Of a stretch of DNA of 64,000 nucleotides, positions 50,401-60,874 are shown one piece after another. The stretch is from the NCBI GenBank assembly GCA_002633005.1, contig NMRA01000271.1:389588-453587 (forward strand), read 5' to 3'. A program made the position numbers and the translations under genes. Below the pieces are notes generated by a model. That model saw nothing but the letters and a program-made list of their open reading frames with translations, had not been told where the DNA came from and made no database searches. Source of the DNA: Phoronis australis. Taxonomy: Eukaryota > Animalia > Phoronida. Within the stretch, counting starts at the first letter, position 1. The number at the start of each line of letters is the position of its first letter.

Positions 50401-53400
50401 CTCAAAAAATGGTGTCCTAGGCAATGCCTTAGTCATGCTTCTTGCAGAATTTGCGAGTCTAAAATCACTACCCATCTAGAAGTACTTTTGATAGACAGGT
50501 GTGTAATCACGTGACTGCGTTAAATTACTTATAGGAACCGAAGTCAATAAGTTTCTTATCAGTTATGAATTTAGTATATTTTTATACATTTACTTGCCTA
50601 TTTTTAATGTTTTCTTTGTTTATTATTAGCAGTAGGCAGTGGTTATGTGGGATTCCCTGAAAATGTAGTTGCACCATCATGAGTTTGATGTGAGCTGTCA
50701 AAATCATAGTACAACTTAGTTTGAAAATGGGGAACCCAAAGGTCACTAGGTGGAGCTACTAAAACAATGGCTGTACCAGAAATGCCTGCATTCATACATC
50801 TCTGGGGGCTCTGTGGTGATGGTTTAGCGGTTTCATGATCTCAGTGTATCCAGGCTAGTACTCCGTAGATAAAGTTTCTTCCAGAAAAGATATGGAAGAT
50901 CATGCCAAATACACAAGTGAAAGGCTAATGTAACGCGAGAATGCTTGTGAATATTCTAGCTTAAGCTAGTGAAATGCTGGTCGCTGAAGGGATTAGTTGG
51001 TGACGTTCATTTGTTGATTTAGGGTATGGGATTGTTATTTATTATGAGATGGAATTCACTGTTTAAATGTTTCATAAGTGAATATTTCTCGTGTATTTTT
51101 TAAGTGTAAGCTAATGTCTAGGGTCTACGGAACACAGCCTAAATGTTCACAAACAGGGATCGTTTTTTCATTTTTAGCACCACCTTGTGAATATCAAGTT
51201 GTTTGTTGAACATAATCATGCAAAAGAGTTCCATCTCAAGCTAATGTAATTCACCACCTGGGTAATTGCTGGTTAGTATGAGATAGTCACTGAATACACT
51301 TAGCATACAGACTGGTGTGTGCAGATTGAAATGCAAGGCTTGTTTTACCTCAGGCTGCAAACCTACAGCTTGTTAATTCTATCCCATTTTCCAGCAAAAT
51401 GTTGCATATTATAGATAATTGTATCTAAGATTGTCTGTGAAAAACCTTATCTTTTGTTTTTGTTTGTACGTTACACTAAACAAAATTTCAAGATTTCACG
51501 TCCAAGCAAATAAACGCTCGTGACAGTGATTGAGAATTCCTTTGAGATTAGGTAGGATCCTAAAATAATCAGTTTTGATTAACATCGTATCTTAGAAATG
51601 GCTGACCAGATTCACAAGAAGCTTCTATGTTAGGCATTAGTTTTAAAAAGATTCATTTTTGTATCGGGGTTATCAAAAAATTGGTACAAACTTTCCTAAA
51701 AACAAGGTAACATGGTCTAATCTGTGGTATAAAGTCGAAAATCAAATTTTACGTAATAATTTTTATTTTTAGAAAATACATGGTATTACTTATGACGAGT
51801 GAAATTTGATGGTTCTATAAATATTTGGATAAATGTACAGACTTGTCAATTCATAACCTTGAATAGGAATTTTCTGATCTTATTCTAAACTGAGCAAAAA
51901 CAGTTTTACACAGAAATCACTGAAAAAAAATTGAAATCGATGTTTTTGTATTTTTGTGAACAGTTGTTTTGCTTTTTGGCTAATTAAATTTGGGAGTAGT
52001 TACTTGAATTGAACAAGATCTCGTTCAGTGGGAGTTGTTGTAATTCCAGGCAAATCTTCAGAACAGTACAGACAACAACTGGGGTCATTTGGTGTGTCTG
52101 GTGATCTGGCCTTGCGTCCGGTGTCCAGTCTCTCTGGAGGTCAGAAAAGTCGGGTGGCTTTTGCAGCAATATGTATGTCAAAGTAAGTGATGATCTATGA
52201 GCGTGCAAGCATTCAGGCCTCTCAATTGTGGGGCCAAATATCGGCCCATTTCCCTCCGAGAGATGTTTAAAACTCGTGCGAAATTCCCCTCACCAGTTCC
52301 AAATATTACCCTCAAGAATCACTTAAGCTGTCCCAGAATTTGGGAACCAGTTTTCTCCACTGAGTAATAATCATCAAACTGGTTCTCAAAATCAGGGGCC
52401 TTTTTTAGTGACTATTGCCGTGTGTAGTATACCATTCTTTTTATCCGTCTGGGCTCAGAAATGTAAAGCATCTTAACCTTTTTTAAAAATATGTCAATCC
52501 TAAATGCATTTTCGACTTCTGCAATAAGCCATGACTATTCATGCGGCGTGCAGGCTCTCCATGTTTAATAAGCATTGCTTGGGTGTCATTTTGTATAACG
52601 AACTGTTCCTTTTTAGTCCCAATTTCTTCATTCTGGATGAACCTACTAATCACCTGGACATGGAAACTATAGAAGCTTTAGGAAGAGCCATCAACAAATT
52701 TCAGGTACTGCGTTGTGTGTGATACTTTTGAAAATATATGTTTTTATCATTGGTTGGCAGTGGTCTGTCTCGAGAGACAATAGATATGTGCCCTCAGTCA
52801 GTCGTTGGTCGGATTGCTGCGTCGCCTGTGACTAAAAATTCTGATTCTGCTGTGGCATGTCCTGTTGCTGTTGTCACACGTGTACATTTTGAATCTGTTC
52901 AGTAGGAGCAGAGGCTGCCCTCTGACACCTGTTTTTTTATTCTTATCATTATCATTATCAGTGTTATTGTTTAAACAAATGGTATTAGAGCTACGCTAGC
53001 TTTTGAAGATTCGAGCTTCCTCAAATTCCTGTTGTGCACTCGAAAAGACACGTTTGGTATGTGTGGATGCTTTCGCTGGGTTGGGGAGGGGCAATGTAGA
53101 ACAGTGGTTTGGACTATGGCTTGTGAGTTGTGAGACCAGAGTTTACATCCAGACTACGAGCACTGTTCTTAAGGTCTCTCGCCTTCACATGCTTAATCTT
53201 AACTTGCGTGTGTGAAAGGGGGGAGGAGTGTGGCATGAATGTCGAGGGTGTTCATGTAAACCTGCTCTCGGTACTGTCAAGACTGCATTCATTGTGAGCG
53301 TTCTAAACATGGAGGCCCGTGTTGTGAAAAACACTGCGCATTGTACTAGTTTGGTGCTTGTTTCAAAGCAGCTATAAGCCCGTGTTCCGTCTTAGAAGGG

Positions 53401-53907
53401 AACTGTTGACTTAGACCACATACCACTATGAAACTGGTCCCAACTTGTTCCTTACTTAGAAGGGAAGTGATTGCCGGCTTTGCATAGAGCCGACAGCGTG
53501 TTATTTCTTGAGACCATGCTCAGTGCGTAAACTGACTCACTGCGACCAGCCAACTTGAAGAGCCTGGTGTCAACCAAAATGAAACGGGTTCTTTTGAAGG
53601 CCGGAAATCACTAAATTTATGTTGGAGCAGTTCGAGACCAATTTCATAACACCGTAAGTGGTCATTAAGTCAGTTGGGAGATGGTGGCACCAGCCAACTT
53701 GGGTTTTGATTTAAAATTTTCTATTCTTCAATGTATTCTGTTTTCTTTCCAAAGGGAGGGGTCATCCTAGTGTCCCACGATGAGCGGTTGATCCGCGTTG
53801 TGTGCAAAGAACTGTGGGTTTGTAGTGGAGGCACGATAGCAGCACTGGACGGAGGTTTCGACGAGTATAGGAAAATAGTAGAGCAGGAGCTGGCATCAGA
53901 AAGTTGA
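32350..53907 (+). CDS. ABCF3: ABCF3 (GCN20-like ATP-binding cassette F3), whole spliced gene span
   Basis: 17 exons with GT-AG boundaries and consistent phases; two NBDs ([25 protein letters not shown]; [32 protein letters not shown]). N-terminus and [18 protein letters not shown] linker are ABCF3-like. Confidence 0.95.
33138..33259. mobile_element. Small MITE with ~37-bp TIRs
   Basis: GGCACAAGTCAGATGTAATGGACCCTGATGTAGAGAA vs TTCTCTAAATCAGGGTCCATTATATCCGACTAGTGCC. Confidence 0.7.
33302..33955 (+). mobile_element. Solo LTR (Gypsy-type) in ABCF3 intron 1
   Basis: TGTGACGGGA...TCCCGTTACA termini, ATTT 4-bp TSD (33298-33301, 33956-33959), TATAAAA at 33531 and AATAAA at ~33764. Confidence 0.8.
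34036..34177 (+). CDS. ABCF3: ABCF3 exon 2
   Basis: [46 protein letters not shown]. Confidence 0.9.
34215..34516. mobile_element. pogo/Tc1-like MITE with TACCGTA termini and internal GGCTTCTATTAGAG repeats
   Basis: TACCATAAAGCTTC ... GAAGCTTTACGGTA. Confidence 0.6.
35540..35678 (+). CDS. ABCF3: ABCF3 exon 3
   Basis: [19 protein letters not shown]...[11 protein letters not shown]; phases fit. Confidence 0.85.
35730..35835. repeat. Imperfect palindrome with ~45-bp arms
   Basis: ACTTTAAAATTAGCGCG.AAGTAAATAAC.ACATATCT ... AGATATGTCGTTATTTACTTTCGCGCTAATTTTAAAGT. Confidence 0.8.
35850..35905. repeat. Small hairpin repeat family; also at ~39866-39921 and inverted at ~52338-52392
   Basis: TTTTGAGAACCAGTT...AACTGGTTCTCAAAAT seen three times. 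Confidence 0.7.
36230..36481. mobile_element. hAT-like MITE of the CAGGGCTTGGAAT family; copies at 45161-45400 and partial 42323-42542
   Basis: Same TIR and subterminal TTTGTCATTGGTCATTCCAAGC as 19993-20500. Confidence 0.75.
37555..37652 (+). CDS. ABCF3: ABCF3 exon 4
   Basis: [21 protein letters not shown]... Confidence 0.9.
38057..38179 (+). CDS. ABCF3: ABCF3 exon 5
   Basis: [37 protein letters not shown]. Confidence 0.92.
39257..39361 (+). CDS. ABCF3: ABCF3 exon 6 (Walker A of NBD1)
   Basis: [22 protein letters not shown]. Confidence 0.95.
39438..39625 (+). mobile_element. tRNA-derived SINE
   Basis: A-box TGGCTTAGTGG, B-box GGTTCGGAATCC; homologous to 942-1120. Confidence 0.7.
40055..40216 (+). 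CDS. ABCF3: ABCF3 exon 7
   Basis: [31 protein letters not shown]. Confidence 0.95.
40389..40712 (+). mobile_element. Kolobok-like MITE, internally deleted copy
   Basis: TTAAAGTGGAACTTGCAC...GGAGCATGCA; aligns with 47631-48200. Confidence 0.6.
41561..41704 (+). CDS. ABCF3: ABCF3 exon 8
   Basis: [27 protein letters not shown]. Confidence 0.95.
42691..42747 (+). CDS. ABCF3: ABCF3 exon 9 (ABC signature)
   Basis: [19 protein letters not shown]|gtaagt. Confidence 0.95.
42716..43310 (+). repeat. 45-bp minisatellite, 12 full units plus partials, derived from the exon 9 end and splice donor
   Basis: Unit AGGTTGGCATTGGCTAGAGCTCTCTTTACACAGTAAGTCGAAGTA recurs every 45 bp from 42716 to 43255. Confidence 0.97.
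43592..43614 (+). CDS. ABCF3: ABCF3 exon 10, 23-nt microexon (Walker B)
   Basis: tttag|GCCTGACCTGCTCTTGCTCGATG|gtgagt encodes QPDLLLLD; phases fit both neighbours. Confidence 0.9.
43893..43948 (+). CDS. ABCF3: ABCF3 exon 11
   Basis: [19 protein letters not shown]. Confidence 0.95.
44831..44907 (+). CDS. ABCF3: ABCF3 linker exon
   Basis: [26 protein letters not shown]. Confidence 0.95.
45161..45400. mobile_element. hAT-like MITE, CAGG(G)CTTGGAAT family
   Basis: TIRs present; flanks TGCTGT/TGCTAT match 5 of 6. Confidence 0.75.
46253..46507. mobile_element. Harbinger-like MITE
   Basis: TIR GGCCCTGTTTCTTGAAGGGACTA.TGGCTTTTG vs CAAAAGCCTATAGTCTCTTCGAGAAACAGGTCT. Confidence 0.6.
46550..46724 (+). 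CDS. ABCF3: ABCF3 exon
   Basis: [36 protein letters not shown]...MDSRICI. Confidence 0.95.
47631..48200 (+). mobile_element. Kolobok-like MITE carrying a nested insertion
   Basis: TTAA flanks at 47627-47630 and 48201-48204; homologous to 23943-24345. Confidence 0.65.
47669..47832 (-). mobile_element. ~160-bp insertion with LTR-like ends and an internal tRNA-like sequence (candidate tRNA-bearing TRIM solo LTR)
   Basis: Absent from the sister MITE copy at ~24295-24320. Plus-strand ends TGTAGA... and ...TTCACA(ATA). The minus strand of 47680-47751 has A-box TGGCCGAATGG, a CTGTCGC anticodon-like loop, B-box GGTTCAAGTCC and a terminal CCA. Confidence 0.55.
49153..49276. mobile_element. Small hAT-like MITE
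   Basis: CAGCGCTCGAA ... TTCGAACACTG termini. Confidence 0.45.
49411..49591 (+). CDS. ABCF3: ABCF3 exon (Walker A of NBD2)
   Basis: [15 protein letters not shown]...[13 protein letters not shown]. Confidence 0.95.
52050..52182 (+). CDS. ABCF3: ABCF3 exon (signature of NBD2)
   Basis: [35 protein letters not shown]. Confidence 0.95.
52617..52704 (+). CDS. ABCF3: ABCF3 exon (Walker B of NBD2)
   Basis: [29 protein letters not shown]. Confidence 0.95.
53755..53907 (+). CDS. ABCF3: ABCF3 last coding exon
   Basis: [23 protein letters not shown]...[18 protein letters not shown]. Confidence 0.95.
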   Translation, partial: GGVILVSHDERLIRVVCKELWVCSGGTIAALDGGFDEYRKIVEQELASES

Positions 53908-54134
53908 TTGGACTCAAGTCACGTGATTGTGTAGTGTTACTTTTGCTGGTGCTCGCAATCTGTGACATATCGAAGTATGTCCAATTTTGACTAACCTTAG
54001 AACAGCGCATGTGATCAGATTCAAATGAAGTTGTCAGATACTCTACTGTACTGTTATTCAAAGATGCTGTTGGATTTGTTTTTAAAGTCTTCCGCTTTGG
54101 CATGAGGGTGTATTGTGAGAGAACTCAAAAGTTA

Positions 54135-54140
54135 AATAAA
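54135..54140 (+). terminator. Candidate ABCF3 polyadenylation signal
   Basis: First AATAAA ~230 nt after the stop codon. Confidence 0.4.
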
Positions 54141-54559
54141 AGCAAAAGGCTAATTTAGAAAACTGTAACAGCGTTTTTGACATTTCGTATTGATCATTTA
54201 TGTCAAACCAAATTTTGTCATGTTGTCGATGCCATTTTTGCTATGAATGTAATTTCCTTTTTTGCTGTGAATTTTAGTAAAAAGACTGGTCATGTTAGCC
54301 AGTTAATGGCAGAATGGCATAAAGTCAAGAATCAAGCTCTATAGACGTTTATATGTTCAGGAAATATTTTCTTTCACACAGTTAAATGGTTTTGTTATAT
54401 TCATTCACTTGTTGATATGAATGTTGTGGGCATGGTGAAGTTCGTTCATTTTTCCCAAAAATGCCAAATTTTGCCTTTTTTCATGGGCTTAGGATAGTGC
54501 TACTGTTTCACAGTTTTTACAATTTGTGGAAACCATGCTAAAAAAAATGTCATTTTTGC

Positions 54560-54916
54560 TCAAAGACCCATGCATCGCCATTGTTTTGGTTCATGTTTTT
54601 GTGTGAAACACTTCTGTTTTTAACATATGATACAAAAATATTTGTAGGCTGTCTGGTACATGTTGTACCAGATGTACGCAGGCCGTTCTGGTGCGCCCTT
54701 TACACTGTTGGCCTGGAACCACTTTCGTGTTTTGTTATCACCTATCCCACTATGCCACACTGCCTCCTCAGTTAGTGTTCCTGACTGCAGGTGGCAAACC
54801 ATCAATGAAGTGACTTCTTTGATTACATCATCGAAAAATTCATCACCACAATTTTGATTTGTTCCAGTTTTGCGATTTCAGCTTGACCTATAATTAGCGC
54901 TACATGGGTCTCTAAT
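54560..54916 (-). mobile_element. Possible internally deleted piggyBac-like remnant
   Basis: Short IR AGACCCATG/CATGGGTCT; minus-strand frameshifted QCKGRTRTACV...YFCI...CFTQKH resembles the C-terminal cysteine-rich domain. Confidence 0.3.
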
Positions 54917-57308
54917 AGATGTCTCTGTTAAAAGTTTGAAGAAACAAAATTCCAATGTTGTCCAGTTTTTCTACACCAAGGAAACATTACTTAACAGTAG
55001 TATTTCTTTCTCTCTTTCTAAAAATCCATATTTGTTGTCTTGAAAATAAATATTTCAACATTGGTACATGGATTACTCGTTTTGTTCTTTCTTAAGTATG
55101 TGAATTCTCTTAAAAATTACATCTCTACCCTTGGCGCTGTTACATGATTAGATAAGATCCATGAGTTGCTGGGTGGAATTTATTGGATATGTGCGATTTT
55201 GCAAATATATGCCTTTATTCGTAATATTCAACCTATATCTAGCGCAGCTTCAGGGATACGATTATTACTATGGTTTTATGCTAATAAAAGTTCTTTGTAA
55301 AAAATTGTGGCTTTAGTGGGAATTCGCGTGCCACACATAAAATTTCGCAAAAAATGAAACTACTATTCAATTGATGTCAACCGATTGTGGCAGTTAATGT
55401 TGCAGTACTTTTGTACATTTGAGTCATTGCAGTGTTGGTATGGTATTTTAGTTCTGAGCCGAGATACCAGCTCTTCTGGAGTGTCATAGAAGTGAAGATA
55501 GTATTTAAATTTAAATGTTTTCTGCAAAAAATTCTGGAGATCGAAAATTTCGCTTTTGTATGTTTATACGATCGAATTTTGACTCTGTGCTTTCTAGCTA
55601 TATTGTATTTATGTACAAAAAGTGGTGAAGACATTTGAAATGAACCGACCACTCTACCGCTCGGGTTAACGCCCAGTTTTGGAAAGCCGCATGCACTGCT
55701 AACGCTACCTATATATTTTTTATTTTTTAATTGAAAAGGCAATAACCCACGCTGCTGGTCAGCTTTAAACATTTATTTGCTTTCTACAATTGCATACATG
55801 CAATTAACAAGTTTTAATGTGCATTAAAACCAGAGGGGAAACTATCATGAATTGGGACGAACAAAGTTAAAAATGTACTGCCTTCAACTTACATTTTAAA
55901 ATAATTAGTTTATATACAGTAATAAATTTTGTTATTCAAAATGCTAAAGGACTATTATTTTAACGAGTACTGGTAAATTAAACAATCTATTCTTCTATCA
56001 GTGAACGCTTCCCAATGATTCTGGCGAGGCAATTACATCCTTTAATGTTTCACATGCGCCGTGTACCGTTGACAGCAACTGTATCCTCATTGGAATTATA
56101 CTGGAATTTGGTGACAAGATCTGGATCTCGAATTATTAATGGTACATATCACAACTTAAGTACATTTGACACAAAAACTTTCAGGTATCCCTTGTGTGTA
56201 TCTTGCTCCGATTGTATTATTGGGGGGTCAACGAGTGTGATATTGTCTTGGATACGTTGTTTCATCATCATACGGCATTGCTTCGGTAACATACCATTTT
56301 CCTAATGCGAATGGACCCTTGTTGTGGAAGAGAGGATGTTGGCTGGGTTTACCAGTTGCACTGAAGTTTACAAGCAGGACCACAGTGAGTTCACTTTAAA
56401 GCGGCAACAAACCGGCGATAGAGACTAACATTTGATTTAGACAACTTACTGCTAAAATTGGTCTCAACTTAAGTGATTTTTGGTCTAACTAGCTGTTTAT
56501 TCCATTGCTGGAGATCATTCTCAGCCAATAAAATGCCGTGACAAATCAACTTGTGAAGTCGGCATAGTTTCTTAAAAGGAGGCACTGAACAGTTCTCACA
56601 GGGGTTTGCCTATCAGAACACACGTCAATGGACTCTTCATCCTTTCTTCACTTTGTCAAAAACTGCATGCAAATAAAGAAAAGTTTTTGAGTCATTTCAT
56701 ATCACAAGCCCTAAAGATGAGCCCAGAAACTTTATTCTCTCTTGTATTTTTGACCCTTTCACTCACACTGGAAACCAAGCTAAACTAAGGAAAATAGGGG
56801 CAAAAAATGAAAAATCGGCACTTTTCACCCCAAAATTACCACTTTCCTGCCGATGCTCGACTAAAGCGAACATTAGATTCCGAAAACAAATTTCCTACCG
56901 ATTCCAAAAATGTAGTCTAAAAGTACTGTCAACCAACTAGTTTTTTTGCAAATCTGGCTTGTTTGAGGGCTACCTGAAATCGCGGCCAATTTCTCAGTTG
57001 CTACACAGCAATGCACAATTGCAACAGGGGGCCACCATCTTGAAGAAGAGCTGAGTGCAGCTACAGCCGAGTGGCTTTTTTATTCTCAGGGAGTTCACAA
57101 ATACAAACAAATCACATTCACTTGGACTACACACAATACCTATCTAAAAATTGCCCCCAAGTCTGGCCTACTACTAGATTTTATGAGTGCAAATTGGACG
57201 CGGCCGCAGCCTAACTGTTCAGTGCCACCAAAGCATCACGAACTCCCGGTTCCGTACAAGCCAAAATATTGGACTTGTTTTGACGAAGGAAATTTTTGAG
57301 ACCAAGGC

Positions 57309-57551
57309 GGGCCCGTTCCAAGAAACTGACTTAAGCTTATTTTTTTCAAGTCCTAAGATTTTTCTCAACTTCCAAACTCTGAAACTTCCACACCCGGTAA
57401 CGACATATCGGTAGTCGAAATTCAGGAAAAAAAATAAGTCAAAAACTTGCCTCCAGTTTAAGATCTCTTTCTTGAAACTGATTAGAGACAAATTTAAGTT
57501 TTATTTTATGATTTGTCTTACCTAAGTCAGTTTATTTTTTGGAACGGGCCC
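57309..57551. mobile_element. Harbinger-like MITE
   Basis: GGGCCCGTTCCAAGAAACTGACTTA ... TAAGTCAGTTT..TTGGAACGGGCCC. Confidence 0.65.
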
Positions 57552-57661
57552 CAATTTCATAAGGATAAGTGATCTACGCATAAAAGTACGTTTTGTGACG
57601 GAAGACGGATCGAATTATGATCTCTTGAATAAACATTGTCTCAAAAATTTCGCGTATCATT

Positions 57662-58171
57662 TCAAGCAAACCAACATTTCCACTTGTATGGCACTACATA
57701 ATTCCACGACAAAGGATACCTCATTTTTAAGAACTTTACATACTTGTGTGGAACATTTACCCTTGTGCCCAAAAACTGCACGTGCTGAAGAGGAAATACC
57801 ATAGAGTATTCTAACGTTGTTTCACCAAGAACCTGTAACAGAAATAATCGAGTTTTCGGAATCACATTGATATGGTTCCGAACTTCTGGACTCGGCATAT
57901 ACTGGCATAATCTGTCACCACGACATTTCCTCCAGAAGAACATATCCATATTTACTGTAACAGATTCGGTTTCTGTTCTTATTGAATACGAAGCTCCTCG
58001 ATAGTTTGCCCTGATTCCGTATTTGGCCAATTCGTCCCTAAATTGCATTTGAAACACCGTTTCCTCTTCGTCTGTGCCTCCTAAGCGGCTGAAATCAACA
58101 TCACCGTCGTGTCGAATTATGTCTCTGTTTCTGTAATAGCCTAGCAGGCTGCCATAGTCCAACCAATAACT
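57662..58171 (-). CDS. LicD / fukutin-related nucleotidyltransferase-fold protein, terminal coding exon
   Basis: YWLDYGSLLGYYRNRDIIRHDGDVDF matches the LicD G(S/T)LLG..R...I..D.D.D motif; C-terminal FPL..VQFLG..VNVP....FLK.RY. Acceptor near 58172; upstream exons probably in the gap. Confidence 0.85.
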   Translation of the reverse strand, partial: SYWLDYGSLLGYYRNRDIIRHDGDVDFSRLGGTDEEETVFQMQFRDELAKYGIRANYRGASYSIRTETESVTVNMDMFFWRKCRGDRLCQYMPSPEVRNHINVIPKTRLFLLQVLGETTLEYSMVFPLQHVQFLGTRVNVPHKYVKFLKMRYPLSWNYVVPYKWKCWFA

Positions 58172-58192
58172 CTGGTTTAAAGAATTTAAGAC

Positions 58193-59127
58193 NNNNNNNN
58201 NNNNNNNNNNNNNNNNNNNNNNNNNNNNNNNNNNNNNNNNNNNNNNNNNNNNNNNNNNNNNNNNNNNNNNNNNNNNNNNNNNNNNNNNNNNNNNNNNNNN
58301 NNNNNNNNNNNNNNNNNNNNNNNNNNNNNNNNNNNNNNNNNNNNNNNNNNNNNNNNNNNNNNNNNNNNNNNNNNNNNNNNNNNNNNNNNNNNNNNNNNNN
58401 NNNNNNNNNNNNNNNNNNNNNNNNNNNNNNNNNNNNNNNNNNNNNNNNNNNNNNNNNNNNNNNNNNNNNNNNNNNNNNNNNNNNNNNNNNNNNNNNNNNN
58501 NNNNNNNNNNNNNNNNNNNNNNNNNNNNNNNNNNNNNNNNNNNNNNNNNNNNNNNNNNNNNNNNNNNNNNNNNNNNNNNNNNNNNNNNNNNNNNNNNNNN
58601 NNNNNNNNNNNNNNNNNNNNNNNNNNNNNNNNNNNNNNNNNNNNNNNNNNNNNNNNNNNNNNNNNNNNNNNNNNNNNNNNNNNNNNNNNNNNNNNNNNNN
58701 NNNNNNNNNNNNNNNNNNNNNNNNNNNNNNNNNNNNNNNNNNNNNNNNNNNNNNNNNNNNNNNNNNNNNNNNNNNNNNNNNNNNNNNNNNNNNNNNNNNN
58801 NNNNNNNNNNNNNNNNNNNNNNNNNNNNNNNNNNNNNNNNNNNNNNNNNNNNNNNNNNNNNNNNNNNNNNNNNNNNNNNNNNNNNNNNNNNNNNNNNNNN
58901 NNNNNNNNNNNNNNNNNNNNNNNNNNNNNNNNNNNNNNNNNNNNNNNNNNNNNNNNNNNNNNNNNNNNNNNNNNNNNNNNNNNNNNNNNNNNNNNNNNNN
59001 NNNNNNNNNNNNNNNNNNNNNNNNNNNNNNNNNNNNNNNNNNNNNNNNNNNNNNNNNNNNNNNNNNNNNNNNNNNNNNNNNNNNNNNNNNNNNNNNNNNN
59101 NNNNNNNNNNNNNNNNNNNNNNNNNNN
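58193..59127. other. Assembly gap
   Basis: Run of N. Confidence 1.
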
Positions 59128-60039
59128 NTTTCTATTTGACAATAATTCTAAATAAACCTTATTTTACTTAAAAATTACAATACGAATAATAGTAAATAAC
59201 TACTTACTTCTGTGGAGGAATCAAAGTCCTGCTACATCGGTTTTAACTTCATAAACTGCTTCACTACGTCTTAACCCGTTTACATCTCCGTTCTGAACTG
59301 CTGTAAAATGCCTTCTCATTCAGAATTTATATGATTCTAACCCTATGACTAATCTAGTCACTTTTCATGATTTTACTTGCCCTTACCAAATTTGTCACCG
59401 AATTCTCTTGTCAGTGAATAGCTGTACTATGAACATGGCCATATTTAAAGGTTATTTCTTGGAATATATCCAATTATACATAGAACTCACTACAACTGCT
59501 GCACGGAACTATATGAGCAACACTATTACATAATAAGCCATGTTTCCTAGAGTCATCAACCCACACACTGCACTCATCCCATCAGCTGTAGTCACATGCC
59601 CGATTCTAACATAAACATAAACACAACACCGATGCGCTCTTGTAATCGTTACTATTAAAGGTTACTGTTTCTGTAACCTAATTACGCTATAAAAGCTTTT
59701 AAGTTATACCTGTTGCCTTGACTGCCGAGCGGAAAATTGGACTCCAACATTGAGTTGTCGTTTCGTGCCAATGACTTTAAGTCTCGCTAAACAATCCCAG
59801 ACACAAAAATTCTAACTGATAGCTTGCAGAAAACAGTGGGCAACAAACAATGTCTGTGACCGTTGTCAACAAAATTTTTCCAAGTTACTGTATCCAAAAT
59901 ATGAGATTTTCACAGTCTCAAAAATTTTTTCGCTCTATTCAAATGAAAGTGGATGCAATAGATACCTTTTTTAGTCGTGGTGTCATTCCAATATTTACTT
60001 TGGCAAAATGAGTTTTTTATTAGCTGTAATTAACATTTG

Positions 60040-60200
60040 AAAACTCATGTTCCATGTGACAAAGGGCATTTCTCACATAAAACATTGCATAATTCTCGCA
60101 TGTGACATTTGAATGTTCCATGTGAGATTTGTTCAGTTGTGCCATGTTGCAATAGAAATGGTACATGGCACAAACACTATATTTGTGACATGGGTTTTTC
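60040..60200. repeat. Degenerate tandem repeat (TGTTCCATGTGA core)
   Basis: Core recurs 4-5 times. Confidence 0.45.
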
Positions 60201-60874
60201 ATAGCAAAATGATATAATGAATTTTAGGAGAAATTCTTGCATTTAGTTAATAAAAAGTTATTGTTTCACCAAACGGTTGAATGTTTAAAACACTAAAGTG
60301 CAATGCCTAATTATCATTAGATAATATTTAGACCACTTTGGTCACTGATAACCAAATTATGAACAAATGACTTAAATAGTTGACAAAGTTTTTTTCACAT
60401 TTTTGCTTTATTTTCTTTATGACTATTAACTTACGGTAATTTATTTGGATTAAAAATGTTTCTTTTCAGGACTTGCACAAAATTGGTGACATCAAAACAT
60501 TTTGATCATAGATTCTAAACTTCTTTAGGGAAAAGGAAATTATAAAGAAAAAATTATGTAACAGATGAGTGTAATTGGAATATTCTGCAGTTTAGGCACC
60601 ACCTCTTATGACATATTGCACTGTTTCAAATAATTTTTCATTTTCAAACAGTCACGTGAGGAATTTAGTGAATCATTCCATACATGGCACTTTTAATTTT
60701 AGACCATTACACACCCTTTGACCCCTCCGAGATCATCCATTTATCATTGGTCATGAATGTTACAATCATGACATTGAAACCAGTTTTTAGTATTCTTATC
60801 ATAAAAATTGTGAAAATCTAGTTGGAGCATCCCTAATAATCATACCCAAACTTGCACAATCGACGTGTGCCTAA

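Noticed and set aside
53090-53160. Degenerate tRNA-SINE head
   Set aside because: A and B boxes too mutated, and no second copy in the window
56010-56340. Possible CR1/L2 LINE 3' remnant on the minus strand
   Set aside because: Too degraded for a convincing motif
59208-59301. Minus-strand exon-like segment with acceptor and donor
   Set aside because: The frame examined contains a stop and no homology was recognised; it could be a UTR exon but is unsupported
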